A stretch of DNA of 64,000 nt from an uncultured delta proteobacterium (GTDB lineage Bacteria; Desulfobacterota; Binatia; UBA9968). Positions 41,335-55,907 of the stretch are shown in pieces (positions within the stretch are counted from its first letter, which is position 1; every line of letters begins with the position of its first letter). The translations under genes were made by a program, and so were the position numbers. Below the pieces are notes generated by a model. The model did not search any database. It worked only from the letters and a program-made list of their open reading frames with translations, and had not been told where the DNA came from. The DNA is taken from the NCBI GenBank assembly GCA_963745835.1, contig CAVUZH010000024.1:160001-224000 (forward strand). Reading direction: 5' to 3'.

Positions 41335-43891
41335 TCAGAGTTTGATCTCGCCCCGTTTACCACTCTTGACGCTTTCGTAGCGCAGGTCATTGCCATCGGT
41401 CGTGATGATGATGGCGCCGTCTTCTTCGGTGCGGAGAATTTCTGCGCCGGCATCACGATAACGGTCCGCAAGCTCTTGCTTCTGAGCGCGCGCGTTTCTA
41501 GTGGTTCCTGAAATCACCGCTAGCCTGGGTTGCACGGCAGAAATGAATTCCGGTGTGCTCGCCGAAGCGCTGCCGTGACGCGGCACTTTCAAAACCGCGC
41601 TGTTAATCCGGGCCGGTCTTTGCGACAGAAACTGCTCGTCGCGTTTGTCGATGTCTCCGGTGAAAAGCAAGCGCGCTTTACCATAGTGCAGCTGTAGTAC
41701 CACCGAAACGTCGTCGTTTCGATCGGCCGGCGGATAAAGAAAACACAAATTCACTCCTTCAATCGAACGACACGGTGCTTCGTTGGTCAAATTGACCCGC
41801 TGGACCTTGGATCGGTCGAGGATTTCATCCAACTCCTCGAATCGATGCGTTCGTCCCTTGGCGGCGCCGGACCAGAATTGATCCGGGCGTGAACTCTCTG
41901 ACAATCGATGCCATTCCACCATAATGATCGATGCGCGGGTGGCTGACTAAAAGATAATCGACTTTCAGTATCTTGCGAGAGCGGAGATAGGGACCGACAA
42001 TCGCTTCGCCGGTATCGAACTCGCCGGTGGCTGTGCCTCCGGCGTCGATCAGCAAAGTTTTGGCGCCGGGAAACTCGACAACCACCGCATCTCCCTGGCC
42101 GACATTCAGATAAGTCACTCTGAGTTCTTGGCGCGCCCAGCGTTCGCGGGCCCAGTAGGCAACATCCGCCATCAATAGTCGACGAACTCAAACCGACGGC
42201 AATCACGGCGCCGCGGCTTTTCTTGAGCCAGAGTAGAGAAGCAATCAAAAAATACACGAGCGCCAATCTCCCACAGATCCGGCGCGGGTACTGAGATATG
42301 AGCAAACGGAAGGCTAGCAAACCATTCCACCAGCCATCCGGATAACCACAGAAGCCACTCTGTGACCGAGACTAAAGCGGTGACAGAATCCGGCCATGCC
42401 AGAGAGATGAAACTGATCGCAAGCCCCAGCGGCACGACGACAAAGCCAATCAACGGCACGACTACTGGATTGGACACGAATCCGGCCAACGAGAGATGAC
42501 CGAAATAGTGCGCGATCAACGGTCCGGTGCCGATGGTCGCTAGGAGCGGCACAGCCAAGTGCATTCCAATCGAGCGCAGCTTTGGTTTTATCCGGCTTCG
42601 CTCCTGAGGCAAGCGGTCTTTCTCGGGCGCGGCGACAGTCCTAAAAACCTGACGCATTCCCCAGGCGATCGAAAAGACTGCGAGAAACGAAAGCTGAAAG
42701 GAGATGTCGGCGATTACGCCGGGCCAAACCAGCGCTATTAGCAACGCGGCAAACGTCAGACTGGTTAGAACCTCTTCCTCTCGATCCAGCAAGACAGCCA
42801 ATTCATAAACTCCGATCATGATCGCCGAGCGCACCGTCGGCACCATGGCACCGGCCAGCGCGGTGTAGAAAATCACCGCAACAAACGAGCAAAAGGTCGC
42901 AATTTTGATCAGATTGCAGCGCAACAGCAAATAAAGATTGAACGAACCGAGCCAGCGCACGAGCCAAAACACCACCAAACCGAGCATCGCCACATGCAGC
43001 CCGGAGATGGATAAAACGTGATTCACTCCCGCGGCCGTAAAGTCGGAGCGCGTCTTCTTTGAAATTTCTCCCATGTCTCCGACCACCAGCGCCTTCATCA
43101 GGGCGCCGGATTCGGGAGTAAAGTAGCTTTCAATGTAGCGACGGATTTTTCGACGCAGGCTTTCCACCGCGCCACGCAATCGATCCGGCGCGCGCTCCAC
43201 CAACTCGATCTTTTCGTCGCTCTCTAAAAAACCGATGGCATAAATCTGACGTCGCGATAAATACGTGGCGTAATTAAAACCACCAGGATTGCCACTGTCT
43301 TTGGGCACAGTTGGCCGAATCTGCGCGCGGATGCGATCGCCGTAGTGCCACTCACGGCGAAGCTGCCGGACGTTCAACAGCAGATCACCGGAAATTTCCT
43401 CGGCGCCCGTCGAGGTGCCATATCCGTTCGGCGCGCAAATACCACCGGCTCCGGTTCGGCAGTCTTTCGGGTTCGTGCAGCAGCACCCCTTCTAGAAAAA
43501 AATCGTTGTTCTCGTTCATGACCGAGCGAAGGTGATTCGGCGGAAAAGTTGGAAACAACAGCTGGTGATGACGGAAATAGCCCAAAGCAAACATCGATCC
43601 CACTACCATCGCGAGCAGCGCCCGGGCTTGGTAGTTTCTCGTGATCGTACTACGTTCGCTAGTTACATCGCGTCCAGCGATTAGCGTCGTGAGCCATCTC
43701 AGTTTAGCGAGCGGGTCGATGAGGAGGACCAAAGGAACCAACAATAACCACACCAGATCGGCGGAGAGAACGACTGGCGAGGCGGCGGCCAATTGACCCA
43801 GCAAAAGCGAGCCAGTCAGCGCAAACAGCCAAGTTGATGGGCGAATAGCTCTTGGGACCGTTGGCGCGATTTGCTCGGAAGATGGCGCCAT
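41335..43891 (-). CDS. comEC: ComEC/Rec2 DNA-uptake channel, split by about 4 frameshifts
   Basis: NPGGFNY, HVLSISGLHV, SFQLSF, NVGQGDA, SHPRIDH, LFTGDI across consecutive frames; breaks near 43414, 42265, 42180 and 41885. Confidence 0.85.
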
Positions 43892-43901
43892 CAATCCGCT
43901 T

Positions 43902-45754
43902 TCACTGCAGAGGCGGAGCCGGATGAAATAGTTGCCAGAGTTGCTGGGCGAGCTTTGGGTTCATGCCTGGAACCTGCATTAACTCATCCAGGCTCGCCTG
44001 TTCAACCCCCTTGACGCTGCCGAACGCGCGCAGCAAGGCGCGCCGGCGCGCCGCCCCGATACCGGGAATACGGTCCAAGGCTGAGGAGAGGGTTTGCTTT
44101 GAACGGAGTTTCTTGTGGTGCGTAATCGCGAAACGGTGCGCCTCATCGCGCACCCGCTGCAAGAGGAACAAGGCATTGGAATTACGTCTCAACGTCACCG
44201 GATTACTCTGTCCCGGCAGGAACACGCGCTCCTCGGATCGCTCGATCTCGGCGCTGCGCGGCGCAGATTGCACGCGCATTTTGGCCAGACCGACCACGTC
44301 GACTCCTTCGACTCCGACTTCGCGCATGGCCGCCAACGCCATCGCCAATTGGCCTTTGCCGCCGTCGACCACCACCAGGTTGGGCATCTCTTCCTCTCGC
44401 TTGCCGCGTGTAAAGCGGCGTTTCAGAACTTCCAACATCATGCCGAAATCGTCGCCACCGCCGGACGCGTCGATGGTGCGAATTCGATAATGACGGTAGT
44501 GCGCCTTGTCGGGTTCGCCGCCGATGAACGTAACCTGAGAGCCGACCGCATTTGCGCCGTGAATCATCGAGATATCAAAGCACTCGATCCGATGCGGGTA
44601 GCGCTTCAAGCGCAGCTGCGCCTGTAATTCTTGAAGCATCTTCTCACGGGCTTTCTCCTGATCGTGACGTTCAGTAAAGCTCTGCCGGGCATTCTGCTGC
44701 GCCATTTCGACCAGCTTGCGCTTGTCACCCTTCTGCGGCACGTGAATGCTCACGTTCTTGCCTTTGCGCTCGCTCAGATACTCGGCCCGGGTATCCCGAT
44801 CTTCCAATTCCACGGGCAGCAAGATTTCGTCTGGCATGAAGCGTTGTCCCTGGTAGAACTGCGTCAGCAGCGAGCCCATGATTTCCTCATCGGAAAAATC
44901 CAAATCTTCCAATGCATAAGCTTGCGTCCCGGTCAGTTTCCCTTGGCGCACGAAGAGCACCTGAGCCTCGATATAACCGCCTTCGCGGTAAAGGCCGAAA
45001 ATATCCTGATCCGCGCCCCAATGAGAAACCATTCGCTGTTTTTCGAGAGTTTTCTCGACCGCCTGGATCTGATCGCGGATCTTAGCCGCCGATTCAAATT
45101 CCATTGCCTCGGCTTTGGCCGCCATGCGCTGCCGGAGTTCCGCCAGCAATTCGTGTTGCCGCCCTTCGATAAACAAGCTTGCCTGGCGGACCTGCTCGCG
45201 GTACTCCTCGGATCAACTGCCAGGACGCACGGCGCCAAACAACGCTTGATTTCATACTGTAAGCAGGGCCGGCTGCGATTCTTAAAATTGTGATCCGTGC
45301 AGTTACGCAAAAGAAAATGCTTCTCGATGATGTCTACGGTTTCACGCGCGGCCACCGCGGACGAGAACGGACCGAAGTAGCGGCTGCCATCTTTGACGAT
45401 CTTGCGGGTGGTGAAAATACGCGGCCATACGTCCCGGGTGGTAACCTTGATGCTCAAATAGCTCTTGTCGTCCTTGAGACGAATGTTGTAACGCGGTTTG
45501 TATTGCTTGATCAGATTGTTTTCAAGAATCAGAGCTTCCTTGTCATTGCTGGTGACCAGAGTCTCGAGATCTCCGACCCGCCTGAGTAGGAATTCAATCT
45601 GTGAACGTCCATCGCTGCGATTGAAGTACGATCTCACCCGCGCGCGCAAGTCCTTGGCTTTGCCGACATAGATCACCTTTCCTGCCTCGTCGCGCATCAG
45701 ATAGACCCCCGGACGAGACGGAAGGTTGGTCACTTTTTCATCCACGGAAAGCAT
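43902..45754 (-). CDS. uvrC: Excinuclease ABC subunit C, one frameshift near 45208
   Basis: PGVYLM..YVGKAKDLR (GIY-YIG), IECFDIS, VDGGKGQ, RDEAHRFA, HhH. Confidence 0.92.
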
Positions 45755-45977
45755 CGATTTCAGTATATCAGTTGGTCCCGCTGCCGGGCGACAACTGCGC
45801 CCAACGCGGTCATTTAGCTCGATCCGTCAACGTCTTCATTCGCCGGCGTTGCTTTGCAGCAGAAGTTGATGCAGCCGGAAATTCTAACGGGTGCGGATGA
45901 TTGAACGACGCGGCGTTACCGGCAGACCGCGCACACGCCATCGTTTGGCGCGCGTTTAGAAATCGCCGGGATTGCCT

Positions 45978-48026
<2,049 letters not shown>

Positions 48027-48050
48027 AATACCAATTACATCAGGCCGCTG

Positions 48051-48365
48051 CTACCGGCCTTGGGTTCCATGAGCGCCGTAGAGTTTGTCGATATAACCGC
48101 TTTTGTCGATTTCGCTGAGGACGCGCGCATCGATGAAATCAGCAGGTCGATACTGCGCAAACTTGGGTTGCCCTTCCGCCAGATGATCGAGCACTGCCTG
48201 AACGGCGCTCTCCACGGCATAAGGCTTGGCCGGCATCTTCGCGGCATATTCCCAGGATTCTTCCAGCGCCTCGCGATCGCCGGTGCCGAGGAACTTGCCG
48301 AGAATGCGCACAGTATCTTCCTTGCGGGTCTTAAACAGATGGACGCCTTTGACGATCGCTCGCAC
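48051..48365 (-). pseudogene. C-terminal fragment of an NMT1-like binding protein
   Basis: ILGKFL..D..ALEESW..., DFID..VL.EIDKSGYIDKLY matches the C-terminus of 27691-28677; no N-terminus. Confidence 0.7.
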
Positions 48366-48493
48366 GGCCCGAGTTGCCAGGGCCGGATTTTTTTGAACCA
48401 GCGAGCGCCGCCAGTGCCTAGCGGCTTAGATCTGGGGAGTTGTGCAGTGAATGCGCCAGCCCAAAATCGGCAAAAGTGTAGGAAGTCCAAGAT

Positions 48494-48760
48494 CTAGCCG
48501 CGCGGGCCGCGCCAAGGTTTTTCAAAGCTATCCCCATTGACGGTAACTAACCGGCCCGGCTGCTGGAACATGACTTTGGCGATGGAGGGTGAAATCGGTT
48601 TGCCAAACAGGCAATACTCATGTCCGTCCTGGCGACGCGCATTGGCCCAAGCGGCGAATTCATCGGGGCTCGGCGTATGCCCGATATCGGCCGCGCAACG
48701 GCGCACGATGAAGCCCAGCATCATCTTCGGCGCGCCGTTCTTGGGATTCCGTAACGTCAT
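48494..48760 (-). CDS. Small hypothetical protein
   Basis: 88 aa ORF of globular composition (LGFIVRRC...EFAAWAN...LFGKPIS); no family recognised. Confidence 0.55.
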   Translation of the reverse strand: MTLRNPKNGAPKMMLGFIVRRCAADIGHTPSPDEFAAWANARRQDGHEYCLFGKPISPSIAKVMFQQPGRLVTVNGDSFEKPWRGPRG

Positions 48761-49109
48761 TGATTACTCTATAAAAGATCTGGTTGTTTGTTGCAAGAAA
48801 GTTCTACTAGTGCGCGTAAGTTTTTCGTTCAACGATTTCTTTTGGACCAAATTCCGCGGTTGAGAAAGATCGAGGGGCATACTGAAAGATCGAAATTGCC
48901 GAGGTTCAGTTCAAACTATTTTTGGCGCTGGATCGCCGCCTTCATGTGCTTGAGCTAGTTACGATCCCAATTAGATTTGCTCCTCGGTCGAAGACAGAAA
49001 AGGATTCTCTTCGTGCGGAAGATTTGCTCCTCGCCACTACTTTCCGGTCAACTTTTAATCCGGGCTGAACGCAAATCACATCTGAAGATGTGCTGATCTA
49101 CTCCATCAA

Positions 49110-49146
49110 AGCAAAACGGCGGGTAACAATTCCGTTAACCCGCCGT
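49110..49146 (-). terminator. Intrinsic terminator downstream of the bicupin gene
   Basis: acggcgggt/acccgccgt stem followed by TTTTGCTTT on the minus strand. Confidence 0.65.
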
Positions 49147-49169
49147 CTAGTGCTGTTATTTGATTATTC

Positions 49170-50108
49170 TCAGTCGTCCATGTGAGTGGTCGCCTTCAAG
49201 TGTTTGTCCACGGTGGTGTAGCCTTTCTTCCATTGATCGACGAACCAATAGCGAACACCGAACTCGAAGCGGAGCTCTTTCATATCCCTGTCGAAGGGAT
49301 TGAAATGTTGATGATGCAACATGCCGGGAGGCACATGGACGGCATCGCCCTGATTCCAATCATAACGTTTGCCGCCGATCTCAGAATAGCCGTCGCCTTC
49401 CAGTGCATACAGGTAGGCTTCCGGATGAGCATGGCTGTGACTTTTGGTGTGCGGCAGATCGACAAAGATCGAGCTGATTGCCACACCCGTAGCCCGGAAT
49501 CCGTTCTGCTTACCGCTTCGGCCCATCAAAAAATAAGTCGCGCCGTGTTTCGACTCGCCGGATTTCTCGTGTTGTTGCTGGTGCATTGAGATACGCCGGC
49601 TGTCCTCAGGCCAGTACTGCGACTCTTCTTTAGGGAAGTTCGCTAAAATTTTCGGATCATTCTCGCCGCATTCTTCGAGTTGCTCCAACTTTCCCATGTA
49701 AACGTCAGCTTCCAGGTGCCAAGCTAGCCCTGAAAGGTAACCCACGGGCGCGTTTCCGGTATTGAAGAGCTGATGCGGTGAACGGTAGGGAATGTGCAAA
49801 ATCGTTCCCGGTAAGAAGTCGTAACGTTTTTCATCCAAAATCAGAAAGCCTTCGCCGCTCTCGACGTAGATCGCCTCTTCGCCATGAAAGTGTTTGCCGG
49901 TATGCCAGCCTACCGGAATCTCGGCTCGCATGAGACAGCTGCCGCCGGTAGGGAAGCCGGTCTCTGGAGCAATCATCAAGGCAGCCTTATAGTCCTGCGG
50001 CGTGCGCACCCATTTGAGGTCTTTGGATTTGGCTACCCGCGGTGCGTCGTCAACCTTCTTCTGATTGCTTTTAGACCGTTCTAACCACGCGCTGTAGAAG
50101 TCGCTCAT
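49170..50108 (-). CDS. Bicupin, gentisate-dioxygenase-like
   Basis: Two cupin motifs: HFHGEE...HQLFN and HAHPEA...HQHFN. Confidence 0.8.
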   Translation of the reverse strand: MSDFYSAWLERSKSNQKKVDDAPRVAKSKDLKWVRTPQDYKAALMIAPETGFPTGGSCLMRAEIPVGWHTGKHFHGEEAIYVESGEGFLILDEKRYDFLPGTILHIPYRSPHQLFNTGNAPVGYLSGLAWHLEADVYMGKLEQLEECGENDPKILANFPKEESQYWPEDSRRISMHQQQHEKSGESKHGATYFLMGRSGKQNGFRATGVAISSIFVDLPHTKSHSHAHPEAYLYALEGDGYSEIGGKRYDWNQGDAVHVPPGMLHHQHFNPFDRDMKELRFEFGVRYWFVDQWKKGYTTVDKHLKATTHMDD

Positions 50109-50554
50109 TATTCCTCCTGCTCATAAGATTCGTTCGGTTATTCCTTCTTTACCTAACGAAGGGGTACTTTTTTGTCAAATTGGCGCCAGGCTAGCGCATG
50201 CGTGGGCGGCACTTCGTCAGCCCTCGTCGAGGTGAGTTAATCACTCCGACTGGAAAGCTTTTATCCGGCGCGCACTAATAATTGGTTATCAGTTCCTCTG
50301 GGGGCTGGTGGGAGCTTGAAAAAGCCTCCATAAAACACTGGACCAAAACCGACGCTAAATCCTAAGACAGTTCATGCACTTCCGCAGCGCTGACACACGG
50401 CTACGCCACGCAGCAGAGAAATTCCGAGACTATGCTGCTGACTCTGAGAGCTGTCTGTTTCGATCAAGGATTGAGCCAAAACAATTGAGCAGTTTTAGCT
50501 ACATGGATTTTCCATGCCCTTTGGCTACTTGTACTCAGTGTCACCCGATGTCGT

Positions 50555-50917
50555 CTACACTTTCCAGCCCGGCGAAAGATCGACCCGGGTGCCGACCGGG
50601 TCGAGCACAAAGGTTTCAGCGAACCGCCCATCTTTTGGTAGCTCGGCGGTGCCGCCTGTGGCCCCCGCCGCCAGAGCGGTTTCGACCGCGCCCTTCACAT
50701 CGTCCACTGCAATACCGAAATGATAGATGCCCTCGCGCCGGTTGCGCGCCGGCAAAATCGCCAGATTGATGTGTCCGTCGGACACATAGATGGCTCTACC
50801 ATGCTCGCCGCCTTCGCCGCTGCGTGCGACTTCTTTCATGCCGAAGGACGTCTTATAGAACTCCGCCAATTTCTCCGTATCTTTTGTCAGAAGCGCAATG
50901 TGTGCGATACGTGCCAT
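50555..50917 (-). CDS. VOC/glyoxalase family protein
   Basis: IAHIAL, FYKTSFG, YHFGIAVDD, DPVGTRVD. Confidence 0.87.
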   Translation of the reverse strand: MARIAHIALLTKDTEKLAEFYKTSFGMKEVARSGEGGEHGRAIYVSDGHINLAILPARNRREGIYHFGIAVDDVKGAVETALAAGATGGTAELPKDGRFAETFVLDPVGTRVDLSPGWKV

Positions 50918-51313
50918 GATTTGTCTCCTTATCCCTTCAGAATTTCTCCAACCCTAATTTTGCCTGTGATTTCTGAACCGCCAATCTCTCCTTTTAGCAG
51001 CTTTACCCAAAATAATCGTTACTATCTGCCGCTTCTAAGACATCCCATCCCTTTGCCGACTGTCAAGTTCGTCCAATACCAAGTTAGGTGTGAAGTTGTT
51101 GAACGTTTCAAAGGAGAGATCGATACGAGCAAATTCCCGTTTGCTGAACTACGTTTAATAAAAATCAGTCCACCGAATACTTTTGCTATCTCGGTCGTAT
51201 CATCAGTTGAGGTGTAGAGTAATGGGGTGCTTTGGCTCTCAGTTGGATCGATGTATGATTAAGAAGTTCCATCAATTCACCCAACTTCGAGAGACAACTC
51301 GAATCACAACTCT

Positions 51314-51871
51314 ATGCCTGTTGCATGGCCCGAGAAAGACGATGAAGCGCTCCTTACGCTTATCCAAGATGGCAGCCAACAGGCTTTCAGTGTTCTCGTG
51401 CAGCGACACACAGAGCGATTCTATCGGCTCGCTTACCGCTATCTACAAAATAAGGAGGCCGCCGAAGACGTCGTACAGGATGCTTTCGTTAAATTGTGGG
51501 AAGATCCCGGCAAGTGGCAAGCGGAGCGAAACAACAAATTCACCACCTGGTTTTATCGGGTCGTGGTTAATCTATGTCTCGACTGGCAGAAACGGAAGAA
51601 ACCGCTCGAGCTTGGTGACCAGGAGCTTACGATCGCCGATGATCGAGAATCACCCGACATCGCGATCTTACATGCCGAGAAACAGAAAATACTTGAGAAA
51701 GAAATCGCCGCTCTGCCGGAGCGGCAGAGAACTGCATTGAATCTCTGTTTTGATGAAGGATTGAGCAACCACGAAGCCGCCGAAGTGATGGGGCTCAAGT
51801 TAAAGGCTTTGCAATCGCTGGTTATGCGCGCCAAGACGACGCTTAAAGAACGCCTGAAAAATTACTTGTGA
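51314..51871 (+). CDS. ECF sigma factor
   Basis: AEDVVQDAF, FTTWFYRVVVNLCLD, LPERQR, EAAEVMG. Confidence 0.92.
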   Translation: MPVAWPEKDDEALLTLIQDGSQQAFSVLVQRHTERFYRLAYRYLQNKEAAEDVVQDAFVKLWEDPGKWQAERNNKFTTWFYRVVVNLCLDWQKRKKPLELGDQELTIADDRESPDIAILHAEKQKILEKEIAALPERQRTALNLCFDEGLSNHEAAEVMGLKLKALQSLVMRAKTTLKERLKNYL

Positions 51872-51879
51872 GGTTTACT

Positions 51880-52191
51880 ATGGCTACCCACCCAGATGAA
51901 AAAATCGACGAGATGCTTAAAACGCGCCGGATCCAGGCCCCTAGCCCAGACCTTGCGCAGCGGATCATCTTAAAGGCGCAGATGACGCCTCAGGCGCAGG
52001 TATTTTCGTTGGCGCGATGGATCAAGCAAACCTTCGCCGAACTGCATTTACCGAATCCGGCCTATGTCCTGGCGGGCACGTTGATGATGGGTTTTGTCCT
52101 TGGGTTGAATGTCCCGTCGGACACGGCACCCGAAAATGCCGACGCCGTTCAGGCGCTTAGTTTTCTCGATCCGGACGAAGGACTTATATGA
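51880..52191 (+). CDS. Single-TM putative anti-sigma factor
   Basis: PSPDLAQRI plus one TM segment; lies between the ECF sigma and sensor genes. Confidence 0.7.
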   Translation: MATHPDEKIDEMLKTRRIQAPSPDLAQRIILKAQMTPQAQVFSLARWIKQTFAELHLPNPAYVLAGTLMMGFVLGLNVPSDTAPENADAVQALSFLDPDEGLI

Positions 52192-52622
52192 ACACGAAAC
52201 TAAAAATCGCCTTTATCGTGTCGATAATATTGAATGTTTTGTTACTGGGCATTTTCTTCGGTACGTTGAGCCCCGGCTTCGGCCGGGAGAGTTCACGGCG
52301 AGAGCGTCTCACCGCCGAAATCGAAAAACTGCCGGAACCGGCACGCAGCCGATTTCGCGACAAAATGGCTCAGCTTCGCGCCGCGGATGATCCTTTGCGC
52401 GAGCAGATGCGCCAGGCCCGCAATCAAGCGATCGACCTTCTGGTTGCTGAGCCTTTGGATGAAGCCGCATACGACAAGCAGCTAATCCAGATCAGCCAAT
52501 TGCGTGGACAAATATCGAAACGTGTGGCTGACGATCTCAAAGAGCTCGTCAGAGGATTACCGCCAGCGCAGCGCGCCACTGTCGGTGAGCTGCTCAAACG
52601 GCCACCGCCGCCACCCAGGTGA
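52188..52622 (+). CDS. Periplasmic heavy-metal-sensor (CnrX/Spy-like) protein
   Basis: SIILNVLLLG anchor, helical body, AEPLD, LPPAQR. Confidence 0.8.
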   Translation: MNTKLKIAFIVSIILNVLLLGIFFGTLSPGFGRESSRRERLTAEIEKLPEPARSRFRDKMAQLRAADDPLREQMRQARNQAIDLLVAEPLDEAAYDKQLIQISQLRGQISKRVADDLKELVRGLPPAQRATVGELLKRPPPPPR

Positions 52623-52645
52623 CCCCCGTTACTTAAAATTGACAC

Positions 52646-52676
52646 AAAAGCGCTGGTCTTACCGGCGCTTTTTTTT
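52646..52676 (+). terminator. Intrinsic terminator between the sensor gene and macA
   Basis: aaaagcgctggt-ctt-accggcgctttt followed by a long T run. Confidence 0.75.
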
Positions 52677-52743
52677 GCCTGAACGGCGGAGACAAAGGGT
52701 TCCTGGTTCGTATCACGATAAGGACAACGAAAGGCAACACACT

Positions 52744-53964
52744 ATGAATTGGAAAAAAGCAATCAAACAGCGGCCCAAGAAGCTGGTCAGTTTATTTGCT
52801 CTAGCCGGGTTGATCGCCGGCGGCTGGTACTGGTATGCCAGCGCGGCACGCCAGCCGGAGCAAAACGCTCAGCAACCGATCACGATTACCCGTGGGACGA
52901 TTCAGGAAGTGGTCACGGCGCAAGGTAAACTTGAAGCGAAGCAATACGTTGACGTCGGCACGCAGGTGTCCGGTCAGATTAAAAAACTTCACGTCGATAT
53001 CGGCGATACGGTGAAGCAAGGCCAACTACTTGCAGAGCTCGATCCGCGGGTGTATCAGGCGCAAGTCGAAGCCAACGAAGCCCGGCTGAACAGCCTGAGA
53101 GCTCAGCTCAATCAGCAGAAAGCTCAGCTGACTTTGGCGGAGCAAAACTTCAAACGAAATCGCGATTTGTTCGGCGTCAACGCCGTCAGCCAGCAGGCCC
53201 TCCAGGAATCCGAAACAGAAGCGGCCGTTGCGAGAGCGCAGGTCGCATCGATTCAGGCACAAATTCAGGAAACCGAATCAAACATCAGGGGCAATCAGAC
53301 CAATCTTAGCTTTACCAAAATTTACGCTCCCATGGCCGGCACCGTGACGACTCGACCCGCGCGGGAAGGCCAGACCTTAAACGCCAACCAGAGCGCGCCG
53401 ACGATTCTGCAGATCGCTAATCTCGACACGATGACCGTGCGGGCGCAGGTCGCCGAAGCGGACGTCACAAAGCTAAAGGAAGGCATGCCTGTTTATTTCA
53501 CAACCCTCGGAAATACCGAACACCGTTGGCAGGGCACGGTGCGCCAGATTCTTCCTGCGCCGCAGATCGTCAATGAAGTCGTGCTTTACGATGTCTTGAT
53601 CGACGTCAAGAACGACGGCCGCCAGCTCATGACCGGCATGACGACACAGGTGTTTTTCATCTTCGGCAAAGCCGAAAATGTCACGATAGCTCCCGCCGAA
53701 GTGCTAACCCGCCGGCTCACCGAGCACGACAATGAGTCGGGCAAGGCGTACAGGGTCACCGTCGTTACCGAGAAAGGGCGCGAGCAACGCATCATCCATG
53801 TCGGTCTGCAGACGCGCACGCAGGCGGAAGTCATCGCCGGTCTGGAGCCAGGCGAACGTATCCTAGTCAGCCGTCCCCAAGGACAGGGCACCGCAACGGC
53901 CCAGAATAATCGTGCGCGCGCTGGCAGCAATGCGCCTCGACTTAACCGGGGGCCGCAGCTATGA
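52744..53964 (+). CDS. macA: MacA-type periplasmic adaptor
   Basis: VDVGTQVSGQI, IYAPMAG, GQTLNANQSAPTIL, VAEADV. Confidence 0.88.
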   Translation: MNWKKAIKQRPKKLVSLFALAGLIAGGWYWYASAARQPEQNAQQPITITRGTIQEVVTAQGKLEAKQYVDVGTQVSGQIKKLHVDIGDTVKQGQLLAELDPRVYQAQVEANEARLNSLRAQLNQQKAQLTLAEQNFKRNRDLFGVNAVSQQALQESETEAAVARAQVASIQAQIQETESNIRGNQTNLSFTKIYAPMAGTVTTRPAREGQTLNANQSAPTILQIANLDTMTVRAQVAEADVTKLKEGMPVYFTTLGNTEHRWQGTVRQILPAPQIVNEVVLYDVLIDVKNDGRQLMTGMTTQVFFIFGKAENVTIAPAEVLTRRLTEHDNESGKAYRVTVVTEKGREQRIIHVGLQTRTQAEVIAGLEPGERILVSRPQGQGTATAQNNRARAGSNAPRLNRGPQL

Positions 53965-55902
53965 ACGATGTCATTTTGGATTTAACGGCCATCGAGAAAC
54001 ATTATCAGAACGGCGATACCGTCGTTCGCGCCCTCGACGGCGTGTCGTTGAAAATCCATAGCGGCGAATTTGTCGCCATCATGGGCCAGTCCGGCTCGGG
54101 CAAATCAACTTTGATGAACATTATCGGTTGTCTCGACCGGCCGACTTCCGGGAGTTATCGGGTGCTCGGTAAAGAGGCGGCCAACCTGTCGCCCGACGAA
54201 CTGGCAGCTTTGCGGCGTGAAACCTTCGGCTTCGTATTTCAACGCTACAATCTGTTGGCGACTGCCACAGCCGGCGAGAATGTGGAGATTCCCTCGGTTT
54301 ACGCCGGATTGCCTAAGCAGAAAAGATCGACTCGCGCCAAGGGATTACTGCAGCGACTTGGACTCGGCGATCGCACCGATCATCGCCCGGCGGAGCTATC
54401 GGGAGGTCAGCAGCAACGGGTTGCCATCGCGCGAGCGTTGGTAAACGACCCACCGGTGATCCTCGCCGATGAACCCACCGGAGCTCTCGATAGCAGGAGC
54501 GGCGATGAAGTTTTGTCGCTCCTCAAAGACTTGCACACCGAAGGCCGGACAATCATTCTCATCACTCATGCTGAAAACGTGGCGCAGCACGCCAGCCGCA
54601 TCGTGCGCATTCAAGATGGTCGAATCCTCGACGACAGCGGAGTTGTCACTAAACCAAGCCCGATGCCGGTCGAGACTGCCGATCTTAATCTCAAGAATGC
54701 CGTCACTCTGGCGGCGAGCATGCAGGAGGCTCTGGTGACCGCCTGGCGCTCGCTGCGGGTTAATCTCTTTCGCACCGTGTTGACCTTGCTCGGCATTATT
54801 ATTGGCGTCGCCGCAGTCGTGGCGATGCTCGCCGTTGGCGAAGGCAGCCGGCAAAAGGTGCTCGACCGCATCAGTTCATTCGGGACCAATCTGATGCTGA
54901 TTCGTCCGGGCGCCGCGGGCATTCGTAACACCGGCGATATCGTCACCCTGATTCCAGAGGACGCAGCCGCCATCAAAACATTGCCGAATATCGAGACCGC
55001 CTTGCCCGAGCGCAGCGGCCGCATGACCGTCCGTTTCGGCAACCGCGATTATCAAACATCGGTCCAAGGAACCGGCGAGGATTTCCCACAAGGCGCGCGA
55101 CTGGAAGGTCGCCGAGGGGCAGTTCTTCAACGCCGACGATATGAAGCAGTATGCGCCGGTGGTCGTGCTCGGCCGCACGGTGGCGAAAACGCTCTTTCCG
55201 GATGGCGGTGAAGCCGTGGGAAATTACGTTCTGCTGAAGAACGTTCCCTTCCTCGTGATCGGCGTCATGACCGAAAAAGGCGCATCTCCCAACGGCAGCG
55301 ATCAGGATGACGTTATCTTCACGCCGATCAGCACCGGTTTGGTGCGATTATTCGGCAAGAGCTATTTGAGCAGCATCACCATTAAAGTCTCTGACGCGGC
55401 CGACATTGCGGCGACGCAAGAGCGGGTTGAAAACCTGTTGCGCGAGCGCCACCGCACCGAAGACTTCAGCGTGCGCAACATGGCGTCGTATCTACAGGCG
55501 GCCATAGAGACTCAGGATACCTTTACGTTGCTCCTCGGAACGGTCGCGGCCATTTCGCTGCTGGTCGGCGGCATCGGAGTTATGAACATAATGCTGGTCA
55601 GTGTGGTCGAGCGCACCCGCGAGATCGGCATCCGTATGGCTACCGGCGCGCGTATGCGCGACATTCTGCTGCAGTTCAACATCGAAGCGGCAGTGGTTTG
55701 CGCCGCCGGCGGTTTATTGGGAATTCTCGTCGGCGTGGCTGCCGGCATGATTCTGCGTTACAGCGGCATGAGCGTGATTTTCTCGATCACGCCCGCACTG
55801 TTAGCCTTCGCCTGCGCTTCGGCGACCGGACTGATATTCGGTTACCTGCCGGCGCGCAAGGCGGCGCGCCTGGACCCCGTGGTGGCTTTAGCTTCGGAGT
55901 GA
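53961..55902 (+). CDS. macB: MacB ABC ATPase-permease, one frameshift near 55088
   Basis: [22 protein letters not shown]; [20 protein letters not shown] in the second frame. Confidence 0.9.
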
Positions 55903-55907
55903 GTAAT

